A DNA stretch of 59,173 nucleotides from an uncultured Gammaproteobacteria bacterium (GTDB lineage Bacteria; Patescibacteriota; Patescibacteriia; Magasanikbacterales; GWA2-37-8). Below are positions 27,998 through 38,432 of this stretch, in pieces. The stretch lies in the NCBI GenBank assembly GCA_964482695.1, contig CAYZYP010000005.1, positions 1 to 59,173 on the forward strand, in the 5' to 3' direction. Position numbers and translations under genes: made by a program. Position 1 is the stretch's first letter, and the number at the start of each line of letters is the position of its first letter. The notes under the pieces are model-generated. The model ran no database searches. It was not told the DNA's origin and saw only the letters and a list, made by a program, of their open reading frames with translations.

Positions 27998-28270
27998 CTA
28001 TAGATTATAAACTTCGCGCCGATGTTTAACGCGTAAAATTAACAATATTGTAATTGTACTATCTTTACTTAAATCAAAAATTACTCGATAATCGCCAACA
28101 CGAAAACGATAATTACCAAAATAAAAATTAGTTAACTTTTTAGCGTATTTTAAAGGATTTTTTTGAACAGAAAAAAATGTTAATTTATTCAAAATTCTCC
28201 GCCTCGCGATACTGTCTATTCTTTCCAAATCTCTATGAGCGCTCTCTGACAAACAAAATTTAAAAATCAT
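27998..28270 (-). CDS. RelE/ParE-family toxin
   Basis: YRFRVGDYRVIF, VKHRREVY. Confidence 0.9.
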   Translation of the reverse strand: MIFKFCLSESAHRDLERIDSIARRRILNKLTFFSVQKNPLKYAKKLTNFYFGNYRFRVGDYRVIFDLSKDSTITILLILRVKHRREVYNL

Positions 28271-28515
28271 AAACCAAAATCACGTTTTACTTCTTCTAAA
28301 GAATAAAATCGCCCACGTTTAAAATCTTCTCTCGCTTCGGCCACATCCACCGCTAACTTCTCTAAAATAGCCTCTTTTTCGTTTAAGGGCTTAACTTCAA
28401 AAATGGGCTTATTGCGATTTAAAATAATAAACCGCCAGTCATTTTTTATCGCCTGTTTATAAAAAGTAGCGATATTCTGCCTAAATTCTTTTACACCAAC
28501 TAATTTAGTAACCAT
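28267..28515 (-). CDS. Phd/YefM-like antitoxin
   Basis: VGVKEFRQN..ILNRNKPIF; overlaps toxin start. Confidence 0.8.
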   Translation of the reverse strand: MVTKLVGVKEFRQNIATFYKQAIKNDWRFIILNRNKPIFEVKPLNEKEAILEKLAVDVAEAREDFKRGRFYSLEEVKRDFGL

Positions 28516-28573
28516 ACTTAAATTAATTAAAAATTAAAGTGTACTTTAAGTGTACACTTTAATTTATTACCCG

Positions 28574-30196
28574 TCAATTACTTTCTTCTTTCCCTACTAC
28601 TCCACTCTTACCAAATATCAACAGCAATTTCTTAAACCAACCTCGCAAAACATCCGCTTTAACTTTAATTACCAAACTAACCAACACCAATAACAAACCA
28701 CTGGCAATAACCAATAAATATCTACTGGCTGTTTTTTTACTACTCCCATGATTATCACCGTTCATATTTAACATCTGAACATTTTTTTCTGTTGTTGTTA
28801 CAGATGAAATATTATCGACTGTTGAAGACGCTAAGTTTAAAATTTTGATATCACTATTACCCCTAGGCCAAACTTGCCAAATGTCGTTAACCAACTGCAA
28901 TATGCCAATTGCTTCTGCCTGGCCATCTGTTTTAAAAACTTTTTTATTTATCCCAGCGCCGGTTTTAAAATATACCATCACTTCTCCTTGGCCATCGTCT
29001 AGATAAACATAACTGCTTTTAACAGCAGTAACATCGCCACTTACTTTTACCAGCCCACCTTGTATATTTTCGCTTAACTGGCCAATTTCCGCCATTATTG
29101 GCGCGATATTTTTATTTTTCCCCAAAACAACAATATCCTTTTTTTCTTTTGTCTTAATCATTTTTAATTTATTAATTTCTGTTATTTCACCACTAACCTC
29201 TACTTGATCACCCACAACCAACTTCGGAAAATCTTTTTTATAACTATATATTGCGACACCAGCCACGCCATCGGTGATATAGAAATATTGCGTGCCAAAA
29301 ATACCCGGCAGAACGCTTACCCAGCCGGTTATTTTTACCTTATCACCTTTTTCCAATCCATACGCTTGTTTGGCGCTAGACAAAACAAGGTATCCCGTCG
29401 TACTAAGTGATTTACTGCTTGTAGAATTAATTGCCACACTCTCTGCTCCACACTCACAAACACATTCGTTTTGGCTAGAACTGGTATTGGTTTCTAAAGA
29501 TGATTTAACAGAAATACTTGACGTATTTACTTTTTCCACACCAACAATAACAGAAGTTGTTGAATTAGCACTAGCAATAATATTAGTTATGTTAGCAGAA
29601 ATAGAATTATTATTTTCGGCTATTTGGGCTGTTTGCTCGCTCTGTGTTGAAGTGTTATTAACTTTAGCAGGCAGGACTATTTCTAATTCCGGTATTTCAT
29701 TGGCTCTGCCTGGTGTTATATTATCTGTTATTGCCCAATCACTGGCTTGATTATTACTCACACCATCTTTTTTAAGCGCCGCGGATTGCCCTTTGTCTGG
29801 AACTTTAATATCTTCTCCATAAATTAACTTATCCACCTCTGCCCCATCCTGGGTTTTTAAAACAATCGTATCTTTATCATTGTTTAAATATTTATTGGTT
29901 TGCAAATCCACCACCAGCCAGCCACTGGCTTTAACCGTACCACTGGCTATCTTGCAACTCTTATTGGTACTATCACAAATCTGCCAACCAATCATTTGAT
30001 AATCGTATTTCCCTGGGTTATATATTTCTACCCATTCATTACCACTTGCCGGATTTACCACCACCTCGTTTATTTTCAAACTCGGCCATTCAATTTCCGC
30101 TGTCGTTGTGTTTGCCAAACAAAAATTGGCTAAAAATACAGTAAAAATGGCAATAAATAACATCATTGCCAACCCCCAAATTTTTCCCCTCCTCAT
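28574..30196 (-). CDS. Surface protein with lamin-tail and OB-fold domains
   Basis: INEV...EWVEIYN..LNN..D..TPG.AN; FYITDG..GV.IY; N- and C-terminal TM. Confidence 0.75.
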   Translation of the reverse strand: MRRGKIWGLAMMLFIAIFTVFLANFCLANTTTAEIEWPSLKINEVVVNPASGNEWVEIYNPGKYDYQMIGWQICDSTNKSCKIASGTVKASGWLVVDLQTNKYLNNDKDTIVLKTQDGAEVDKLIYGEDIKVPDKGQSAALKKDGVSNNQASDWAITDNITPGRANEIPELEIVLPAKVNNTSTQSEQTAQIAENNNSISANITNIIASANSTTSVIVGVEKVNTSSISVKSSLETNTSSSQNECVCECGAESVAINSTSSKSLSTTGYLVLSSAKQAYGLEKGDKVKITGWVSVLPGIFGTQYFYITDGVAGVAIYSYKKDFPKLVVGDQVEVSGEITEINKLKMIKTKEKKDIVVLGKNKNIAPIMAEIGQLSENIQGGLVKVSGDVTAVKSSYVYLDDGQGEVMVYFKTGAGINKKVFKTDGQAEAIGILQLVNDIWQVWPRGNSDIKILNLASSTVDNISSVTTTEKNVQMLNMNGDNHGSSKKTASRYLLVIASGLLLVLVSLVIKVKADVLRGWFKKLLLIFGKSGVVGKEESN

Positions 30197-30330
30197 ATGC
30201 TTTTTAAATTAAAAATTAAATATACATTTCTGGGATTAAAATATTTTAATCCCAGAAATGTATATACTACCACACCCCTCATGATAAAAACTTAAAATAA
30301 TCATAAAATTTTTATCCACAGTGTGTACTC

Positions 30331-30359
30331 TTGCGTTGTTGTTGTTGTTGTTGTAAACT
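30331..30359 (+). promoter_or_regulatory. Promoter whose spacer is a (GTT)6 microsatellite
   Basis: TTGCGT-N17-TAAACT; perfect DnaA box TTATCCACA at 30312-30320. Confidence 0.5.
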
Positions 30360-30450
30360 TTTACTGACCTGGTGGACGTGCTGAAATAATAGTAAGTACG
30401 TCGCACCCGCGACCTGCCCCCATGGGGCACATCGAGACCGAGGAGATCAC

Positions 30451-30543
30451 ATGAACTGGCACGAGAACGTCATCCACCGCCGCAACCTGCTGAGCTACCT
30501 GTTCGAGCCCATCACCGGCGCCGAGAACAAGGTCCAGAGCTGA
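30451..30543 (+). CDS. 30-aa GC-rich small ORF inside a hairpin-rich island (not in ORF track)
   Basis: GAGGAG SD; MNWHENVIHRRNLLSYLFEPITGAENKVQS; sense codons end in G/C. Confidence 0.55.
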   Translation: MNWHENVIHRRNLLSYLFEPITGAENKVQS

Positions 30544-30846
30544 TGCCGCAAGGGGATCCACCCCGAAGGGCTCGGGGTCCTCCTAAATAGGACCCTCAGC
30601 CAAAAAACTGAATAGTTTCAGAGAACCCGCGTTCGCGGGAAAAGGCTATGTGTCCACTGCCATGGACACGTCCCAACTAAAGGGAAGCCACGGGAGGAAA
30701 AAGCAAACTACAAGCTTCTCGCTCAGACCTCCCATTATTCATTACAATTATCAAAAGATGATTGCAGTGAGTAAACTAGGTTTGAGCGAAAATTTCAAAA
30801 CATCAACGACTTCGTTGGTGTTTTTAAATTACGAAACTGTCTTTCT

Positions 30847-30955
30847 TGTCATTCCGAGGACCCCGACCTTAGTCGGGGGACGAGGAATCTCTGTCTCAAT
30901 TTGGTCATATTGACAATTTAAGACAGAGATCCCTCGCTGCGGCTCGGGATGACAA
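30847..30955. repeat. Palindromic miniature repeat (GTCATT/CC...GGATGAC type)
   Basis: TTGTCATTCCGAG...CTCGGGATGACAA; same family as the inserts in polA. Confidence 0.75.
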
Positions 30956-31229
30956 TTGAGGGTTTCGTAATTTAAAAAAATTAAAATATTAGTTTTAACT
31001 AAATAATAAAATTTGTCTACACAAGCCTATACAACTGTGGATAACTCTGGGTATAAACTACCAAAAAAGTGCATAACTTACTTTGATTTTCCCTATAATT
31101 TAGCCAAAATAAAAAAGTATACACTAGTGTAGACAAATAAAATATGGCATTTTAGACAAATTGGCTTAAATTAGCCAAATCATACCCCTTGACAAAACTT
31201 AAAGTTTGTGTTATTATAAATAATGTTAA

Positions 31230-31506
31230 TATTAGTTCTTTGGACAACATAAGTCTTGAACTGCTTACAGAGGCGATCTATCGTTACTTCTAAAATACGA
31301 TAGCTCAACTCCCAACCGGGTATTCCCAATTATTTAAACGCCGTTTGTGCGTTTGACAGGGACCCTACCCCCAAGCGGTTGAAGCACCAGCTACCAAGGC
31401 GGTAGCGACACTTTCCCTTTTGGGGAAGCAGTCTCGCCTAGGTAGTATATTAAGGCGAGACAGCCATATAACAAAATGTAATAGGGCAGCGTACTCGCCT
31501 TTTTTA
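31230..31506 (+). ncRNA. Putative ~270-nt structured non-coding RNA
   Basis: TTGACA-N17-TATTAT promoter, boxA-like GTTCTTTGGACAAC, many nested stems, T-run end, no ORF. Confidence 0.55.
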
Positions 31507-31592
31507 ATTTCATTTTTTTACTTGATTTTTATTTTTAACAGTGCTATCATATTATCATTATATTAATATTTTAGACCTTTAGATTACAAAGT

Positions 31593-31994
31593 ATGGCTAA
31601 ACAAACCAAACAAAAAACTAGTTTTTCTACAGATTTTACAACAAAAATGAAGGCTGTTTTATTAGCAGAAAAAGAACGCTTAGAACAAGATTTGGGTAAA
31701 TTCGCCAAAAAAAATCCAATGGCACCAGGTGGTTTTGACAGTTCTTTTCCTGATTATGGCGACAAAGATGATGAAAACGCCGCCGAGGTTGCCGACTATG
31801 TGGTAAATTTATCGCTAGAAGATAATTTAGAAAAAGCTTTGCGCGATGTTGACCAAGCCTTAGAAAGATTAGCCAAAGGCAAATATGGTATTTGTAAATA
31901 TTGCAACAAACCAATAGAAGAAAAAAGATTGCTTATTCGCCCTTCTTCTAGCGCTTGTATGGTATGCAAGAAAACAATCAAACAAGAAGCATAA
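31593..31994 (+). CDS. TraR/DksA C4 zinc-finger protein
   Basis: ALERL..GKYGICKYC...I...RL...P....CMVC. Confidence 0.9.
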   Translation: MAKQTKQKTSFSTDFTTKMKAVLLAEKERLEQDLGKFAKKNPMAPGGFDSSFPDYGDKDDENAAEVADYVVNLSLEDNLEKALRDVDQALERLAKGKYGICKYCNKPIEEKRLLIRPSSSACMVCKKTIKQEA

Positions 31995-32437
31995 ACAAAA
32001 ATAAAATCCGCCTGCTTATAATTATAGGCGGCGGATTTTTTTTATTGCTTGATCAATTTTTAAAATCACAGGCCACTCATAATTGGAGCCAGACAAAACT
32101 TATTAATAAATATTTTGGCTGGCAACCGTTTTTAAATTCCGGCGCCGCGTTTAGCTTGCCTGTGCCTAATTGGTTAATAATTATTTTATCCCTTCCAATA
32201 ATCGCTTTGGTAATATTTTTGCTTATAAAAGAACGTCATAAAACATATAACTTTTTAATCTGGGTACTTATTTTAACCGGCGCGATTTCTAATTTTTTTG
32301 ATAGAATTTTTTACGGGCATGTAATTGACTATCTAGCTTTTATTACCGGCGTGATTAATTTAGGTGATGTTTTGATTGTAATTGGCTTGGGATTATATTT
32401 ATTAAACTGGAAAAATATTAATGATAGGAAAATATAA
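31955..32437 (+). CDS. lspA: Lipoprotein signal peptidase II
   Basis: LDQFLK, NSGAAFS, GAISNFFDR, VIDY, NLGD; start uncertain. Confidence 0.88.
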   Translation: MYGMQENNQTRSINKNKIRLLIIIGGGFFLLLDQFLKSQATHNWSQTKLINKYFGWQPFLNSGAAFSLPVPNWLIIILSLPIIALVIFLLIKERHKTYNFLIWVLILTGAISNFFDRIFYGHVIDYLAFITGVINLGDVLIVIGLGLYLLNWKNINDRKI

Positions 32438-32665
32438 TTTTAAAAATAAAAACACCTTTGTATAATGCAATGGTGTTTTTTTGTTTTATTTAAAAAGACA
32501 CAACATTCTTATATCATGAACGACAACCAGTATTTAGATTTACAATAAACGCTAAAATAAGAGAAAAGATTGCTTTAAAAAGATAAATTTCACACAATCA
32601 ATCATTGACTTTTATAATCTTCTATGTATATATAATGAAACTAACCCCCAACAGGAGTGGATCAA

Positions 32666-32980
32666 ATGGAAGATTTCCTTGCCCTGGTAGAATTGAAGAA
32701 AGTGTGGGAATCGGTCACCCCTTCCAATGAGGACGAGGATGAGATGCTCGAGGCCTCTGTAGATGAGGCGCACGAAGAAGCTTCACTCCTCATCGACGCC
32801 GTTCAAGAAAACGTCGAGGCGTTCGAGTCCGTTGCTGACAAGATAGAGATCGTCGGTGGCGAGCCTACCGACGACCAGCGCGACGAGCTGGAGATGCTCT
32901 CCAACGCGGTCGAAGAGGGGTGGTTGATCGTCGAGCGGATGGATCTCTACGTAGGTGCCACCCAGGTTCCCCTGTCCTGA
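32666..32980 (+). CDS. GC-rich, highly acidic ORFan, 104 aa
   Basis: AGGAG SD; about 30 Asp/Glu vs 5 Lys/Arg; own promoter and terminator (33097-33122). Confidence 0.7.
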   Translation: MEDFLALVELKKVWESVTPSNEDEDEMLEASVDEAHEEASLLIDAVQENVEAFESVADKIEIVGGEPTDDQRDELEMLSNAVEEGWLIVERMDLYVGATQVPLS

Positions 32981-33198
32981 CAAACCCATCTCTTTCCATC
33001 GCAGCTATCCCACCTCTCGGGACCCACTCGTCGGTCCCATCCCAGATTTGATAATTTAATTGTCTGATCTGGCAAACCGATGAGTGTGACATTAAAAAAT
33101 ACCGACAAACGTCGGTGTTTTTTGTTTATTTCACTTTATCAAAACTTTAACAATTATTTAACAAGGTTTTAACTGCTGTTAGGTATAATAAAACCCAT

Positions 33199-34713
33199 AT
33201 GTTTTTCAAACTACACTCAGCCGCTACTTTGGGGCTAGAATGTCGAGCAATTGATGTTGAGGTAGATATTCACAAAGGCCAAACTGCTTTTAATATTGTC
33301 GGCCTGCCAGACACTTCTATTCAAGAAGCAAAATCCCGCATTCATTCTGCCTTAAAAAATTCCGACTTTTTCTATCCCTTTAATTTTAATATTCTTGTTA
33401 ATCTAGCACCGGCTGATCTGCATAAAGAAGGCCCTGCTTATGACCTGCCAATGGCTATTGGAATAATCGCTATAAGCCACGAATTTAATTTCAACCTCAC
33501 AAATGCCCTACTCATAGGCGAGCTGGCCTTAGATGGCTCTTTACGCCACGTTAACGGCGTTCTACTCTTGGCCTTGTTCGCCAAAAAACAAGGTTTAAAA
33601 AGAATTTTTTTACCAGAGACAGATGCCTCGGAAGCTGGGCTAGTAAATGACTTAGAAATTTACCCGGTAAAAAATTTACAACAACTTGTAAACCACCTGC
33701 TTAGCCGACAAAAAATTAAAGTTTATAAACGGCCGGACAATTGGAATAATTTTACCGCACCGCCATACGATTTAGACATGTCTATGGTAAAAGGCCAAGA
33801 ATTTGCCAAACGCGCTTTAGAAATCGCGGCCAGCGGTTCTCATAATATTCTTATGAACGGCCCACCGGGAAGCGGTAAAACACTGCTCGCCCGCACTCTG
33901 TCGTCTATTTTACCGCGTTTAAATTTAGAAGAAGCTCTAGAAGTCACCAAAATTTATTCTGTGGCCGGACTGCTTAACAATGGTTTTGTAAAAACCAGAC
34001 CCTTTCGCACACCGCACCATACAGCGTCCGGTGTTGCCTTGGTTGGCGGCGGTAAATATCCCAGACCAGGAGAAATTTCATTGGCTCATAGAGGTGTTTT
34101 GTTTTTAGACGAATTTCCCGAATTTCCTCGTTCTGCTTTGGAAAATTTACGTCAACCTTTGGAAGATGGCACCATAACAATTTCTCGCGCCCAAGGCGCG
34201 TTTAGCTTCCCGGCTCGTTTTATTCTAGTAGCCAGCCAAAACCCCTGTCCTTGTGGTTATAGCACAGACACAGAACGACAATGTTCTTGTTCACCATCAC
34301 AAATTATTCGCTACCAGAAAAAAATCAGCGGCCCGCTGTTAGATCGCATTGATTTACACGTAGAAGTGCCACGGATAAAATTTGATAAATTAACTTCCCA
34401 AGATCTGGCGGAATCGTCTGTGGTAATTCGCGAACGAGTGGAACAAGCCAGAGATATTCAACAATCGCGCTTTAAAAATTTGCCCATTCACGCTAACAGT
34501 GAAATGAGAAACGCGGAGATAAAACAATACTGCCAATTAGACAACAAAACAATAGACCTGCTACGCGCCGCTGTTTCACAAATGCATCTTTCGGCCAGAG
34601 CCTATAACCGTATTTTAAAACTTAGCCGTACGATAGCTGATTTAGGAAAAAGCGAAAAGATAAAAATAGAACATGTAGCCGAGGCTTTGCAGTATAGAGC
34701 AAAAAGTGAGTAA
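33199..34713 (+). CDS. comM: ComM/YifB Mg-chelatase-like AAA+ ATPase
   Basis: VGLPD, NLAPADL.KEG, GPPGSGKT, PGEISLAHRGVLFLDE, NPCPCG. Confidence 0.95.
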   Translation: MFFKLHSAATLGLECRAIDVEVDIHKGQTAFNIVGLPDTSIQEAKSRIHSALKNSDFFYPFNFNILVNLAPADLHKEGPAYDLPMAIGIIAISHEFNFNLTNALLIGELALDGSLRHVNGVLLLALFAKKQGLKRIFLPETDASEAGLVNDLEIYPVKNLQQLVNHLLSRQKIKVYKRPDNWNNFTAPPYDLDMSMVKGQEFAKRALEIAASGSHNILMNGPPGSGKTLLARTLSSILPRLNLEEALEVTKIYSVAGLLNNGFVKTRPFRTPHHTASGVALVGGGKYPRPGEISLAHRGVLFLDEFPEFPRSALENLRQPLEDGTITISRAQGAFSFPARFILVASQNPCPCGYSTDTERQCSCSPSQIIRYQKKISGPLLDRIDLHVEVPRIKFDKLTSQDLAESSVVIRERVEQARDIQQSRFKNLPIHANSEMRNAEIKQYCQLDNKTIDLLRAAVSQMHLSARAYNRILKLSRTIADLGKSEKIKIEHVAEALQYRAKSE

Positions 34714-34760
34714 TAAAAAACCACCCTAATTTAAATCAGGGTGGTCTTGATTATTAATTT

Positions 34761-35354
34761 TTAGTTAACAACCATACTTAATTGCACTATTCTAGACTGA
34801 TAATAAATCTCTATATCAACTACTTTTACACCAAATTTGATAGCTGTTTGTTTGTTACTGTTTAGCCAAATGTCCATTCGGCCATAACCATAGCGTTCAT
34901 TCATGCGATCATCAACTATAAACTCTTTATCGCCATAAAGGCTGGGAATTTTAATTTTAGTACCAAATGGCAACCAATTGGCAGCCACCATACCATCGTA
35001 AACATGTCTGCCGGAAGCGGCAATGAATGGATCATCATCTGTTTGATCTACGGTACTGGTGTAGGCAGTAATAACAGCCCTAACAACATTGTCTGGTTTT
35101 GATTTACCTATAGACCTGGCTGTTTTGGGCTTTATTCCTGGAGCTTCTTTAATAACTAACTTGTTTTCGTTATTATCAATAGTTGAATTTTGGCTAAAAT
35201 AAGACAAAAAAGTATTAAAATTACCATTTTCAGCTTCTACGGCTGCTGGCCTTATGGTACTAGCTAAAAAAATGGCTAAAATAAGCATGTTTGGCACTTT
35301 ACTGGCCTGCTTTTTTAACCAATTTTTAATGTTTTTTGGCCTAAATAAGCTCAT
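34761..35354 (-). CDS. 3D-domain protein
   Basis: TAYTS...TD..PFI.ASG, LPFGTK, VDDRM, MDIW. Confidence 0.85.
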   Translation of the reverse strand: MSLFRPKNIKNWLKKQASKVPNMLILAIFLASTIRPAAVEAENGNFNTFLSYFSQNSTIDNNENKLVIKEAPGIKPKTARSIGKSKPDNVVRAVITAYTSTVDQTDDDPFIAASGRHVYDGMVAANWLPFGTKIKIPSLYGDKEFIVDDRMNERYGYGRMDIWLNSNKQTAIKFGVKVVDIEIYYQSRIVQLSMVVN

Positions 35355-35493
35355 ATTGGCAAATTAAAAAAGATACCCTTAGATATCTTTGTTTCTGGCT
35401 GATTGGTTTAACAAGAGTTACTATACCATAAAAAACCGTTTTTGTCAATTAGCTGTTTATCGTGTATAATATTTTCATACAAACAACTATTTT

Positions 35494-38358
35494 ATGCCCA
35501 TTCCTTTTTTGCGCCCTCGTCAGCCAGCAACCAGACGTTATGGGCACATTACAAACCAGACAAAAAACATTTTACCAAACCCCAAACCAAGGCATTCCAG
35601 GCATATTATAAATAAAAAAAGGCTAAAACAAATAATGCTATTCTTTTTGTTTGTAATAGCTTTGAGTTTTATTGGTGGTACTGCGGTGGTCGCTTGGATA
35701 ACCAATGATTTGCCGGATCCAAACAAACTAATAGATCGCCAAGTGGCTCAAAGTACTAAAATTTACGACAGAACAGGTAAACACTTATTATACGAAATTT
35801 ACCAAAACCAAAAAAGAACACTAGTGGAATTAAACCAGATTTCCGATTATGCTAAAAACGCCACCATTGCTATTGAAGATAAATATTTTTATACCCACAA
35901 AGGTATTAGAATACCTAGTATTATCAGAGCGGCTATAAACAATCTGCTTGGCCGGCAAAGTGGTTCCGGCGGTGCTTCTACCCTTACTCAACAATTAATT
36001 AAAAATGCTGTAGTCGGTGATGAACATTCTGTATTTAGAAAACTCAAAGAGGCAATAATGGCTATTAGATTAGAAAAAAAGTATAACAAAGATGAAATTC
36101 TAAAACTTTATCTTAACGAAATACCTTATGGTTCAACCAATTATGGCATAGAAGCTGCGAGCCAAAGCTACTTTCACAAAAACGCCAAGGATCTAACCGC
36201 GGCCGAAGCAGCTACCATAGCCGCTATCGCCAAAGCGCCTAGCCAATATTTAAGTGATTTAAATAGTTTGCGAGGACGTCGCGATATTGTTATTAATTTA
36301 ATGTTCGACCAAGGTTATATAACCGAAACACAAAAAAAAGAAGCCCAAAATACACCTTTGCGCCTTTACAGAAACGCTGGGGTTTTAGAAGCCCCCCATT
36401 TTGTTCTTTATGTTAAACAAATGCTAGCCGACAGTTTTGGCGAACAAACAATTGACGAAGGTGGTTTAAAAGTTATTACTACGCTTGATTATGAAAAACA
36501 ACAAATAGCCGAAAAGACAATAAAAGAGATCGGCGATATCAACGAAAAACAATACAACGCCAACAATGCGGCTTTAATAGCCATAGATCCAAAAACAGGA
36601 CAAATATTATCAATGGTTGGTTCTCGTGATTATGAGAATGACATTATTAATGGTAAATTTAATGTAGCTGTACTGGGCAAAAGACAACCGGGGTCGTCTT
36701 TTAAACCAATTGTTTATACAGCTGCTTTTGAAAAAGGTTTTACTCCGGATACGGTTTTATATGATGTTAAAACTAATTTTGACCAACGTGCCGGCGAAAA
36801 CTACACACCACAGAACTACTCTGGCAAAGAATATGGGCTAATAACTATGCGCCAAGCTTTACAAGGGTCGCTAAATATCACAGCTGTTAAAACCCTTTAT
36901 TTAGTTGGGGTAAAAGAAGCTGTAGAATTTGCTCAACGCTTTGGCTACACCACCTTTACCGGTGATTATGGTTTAAGCTTGGTGTTGGGCGGGGGCGAAG
37001 TAAATTTATTAGAACACACAGCTGCTTTTGCCACACTTGCCAACGAAGGAACATACCACAAACCAGTGTCTATTTTAAGTGTTACAGACAACAAGGGAAA
37101 AGAGATTTACAAACTAAAAGAAGATAGCGGCAAAGAAGTAATAAAAAAAGAATTGGCGGCCACCATTTCTAATGTGCTTTCAGATAACAACGCTCGTTCA
37201 TATATTTTTGGCACTAATAATAGATTAATATTATCGGATCGCCCTGTAGCAACAAAAACAGGCACTACCAACGACTACAAAGACGCTTGGACAATGGGTT
37301 ATACTCCGTCTCTGACTGTTGGAGTTTGGGTTGGCAACACCACTCCTTCTACTATGAAAGGTGGTGGTGAAATGTTGGCCGCGCCTATTTGGAACAAATT
37401 CCTGAAAGAAGCTTTGAAAAACACTGTGATAGAAAAATTTCCAACACCACCAACACCAACTGCCAAAAATCCCTTGCTACGCGGCAAGAGTGGTGGAATA
37501 GAATTAGAAATAAACAAAAAAACTGGTAAAATAGCTTCTTCTTCTACGCCCAAAGAATTAGTAGAAAAGAAAACATATTTGCCACCACACACTATTTTAC
37601 AATACGTGGATAAAAACAACCCCGATGGTCCGGCTCCACAAAACCCTTCTAGCGACCCACAATACGAAGAATGGGAAAAAGCCTTAAAAGACTGGTTTTC
37701 TCGCACCAAAAATTTAAATCCAAGTATTTCCATGCAAGACCCGCCCACCGAATACGACACACCCCAATCGGCCGAATTAGCACCTGATTTAGAAATCATC
37801 TGGCCAACTCCAAGCTCTACCATCAATACTCGCCAATTAAATTTTAAAATAAAGGCAACGGCGCCAAGAGGTATTTCTGAAATTAATTATTACATAGACA
37901 ACTCACTGATTGCCAACTCCAATCAATACCCATTTGATATTAGTTATTACGCCAAAACTTTAGCAACAGGAGAACACACCTTAAAAATTACAGCCGACGA
38001 CGACATTGGTAATACAACAGCCAAAGAGATTAAATTTGACCTACAAGCCCCACTAGACCCGCCAGATATAAACTGGTTTAACAGTTCACCACTAACTTTA
38101 AACAAGGATGATTTTCCGCGATCAATGATGATCGAACCATTTAGGTGGGAAGATATAAAAGAAATTAAAATTTATTTAAAATCAAATTCAACAGAAAAAT
38201 TAATTTACACCTTTGATCAAAACGAAAAACTCTTTAACAAAAAATTAATGTTTACTTGGAACAATTACCCCGGTAGTGGAGATTTTACGTTGCAAGCGCT
38301 AATGACAGATAAAAACAATAATATACAAGAGAGAAAGTTAACAGTAAAAACAAATTAG
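35494..38358 (+). CDS. Class A penicillin-binding protein with C-terminal Ig-like domains
   Basis: EDKYFY.H.G, GASTLTQQLIKN, RQPGSSFK, KTGT. Confidence 0.95.
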   Translation: MPIPFLRPRQPATRRYGHITNQTKNILPNPKPRHSRHIINKKRLKQIMLFFLFVIALSFIGGTAVVAWITNDLPDPNKLIDRQVAQSTKIYDRTGKHLLYEIYQNQKRTLVELNQISDYAKNATIAIEDKYFYTHKGIRIPSIIRAAINNLLGRQSGSGGASTLTQQLIKNAVVGDEHSVFRKLKEAIMAIRLEKKYNKDEILKLYLNEIPYGSTNYGIEAASQSYFHKNAKDLTAAEAATIAAIAKAPSQYLSDLNSLRGRRDIVINLMFDQGYITETQKKEAQNTPLRLYRNAGVLEAPHFVLYVKQMLADSFGEQTIDEGGLKVITTLDYEKQQIAEKTIKEIGDINEKQYNANNAALIAIDPKTGQILSMVGSRDYENDIINGKFNVAVLGKRQPGSSFKPIVYTAAFEKGFTPDTVLYDVKTNFDQRAGENYTPQNYSGKEYGLITMRQALQGSLNITAVKTLYLVGVKEAVEFAQRFGYTTFTGDYGLSLVLGGGEVNLLEHTAAFATLANEGTYHKPVSILSVTDNKGKEIYKLKEDSGKEVIKKELAATISNVLSDNNARSYIFGTNNRLILSDRPVATKTGTTNDYKDAWTMGYTPSLTVGVWVGNTTPSTMKGGGEMLAAPIWNKFLKEALKNTVIEKFPTPPTPTAKNPLLRGKSGGIELEINKKTGKIASSSTPKELVEKKTYLPPHTILQYVDKNNPDGPAPQNPSSDPQYEEWEKALKDWFSRTKNLNPSISMQDPPTEYDTPQSAELAPDLEIIWPTPSSTINTRQLNFKIKATAPRGISEINYYIDNSLIANSNQYPFDISYYAKTLATGEHTLKITADDDIGNTTAKEIKFDLQAPLDPPDINWFNSSPLTLNKDDFPRSMMIEPFRWEDIKEIKIYLKSNSTEKLIYTFDQNEKLFNKKLMFTWNNYPGSGDFTLQALMTDKNNNIQERKLTVKTN

Positions 38359-38432
38359 TTCCAAGTTGTTTTTGCGGTTTAAAAACAAAAAACACAGAGA
38401 GTCCTGTGTTTTTTGTATAAAAACTTTTTTAT

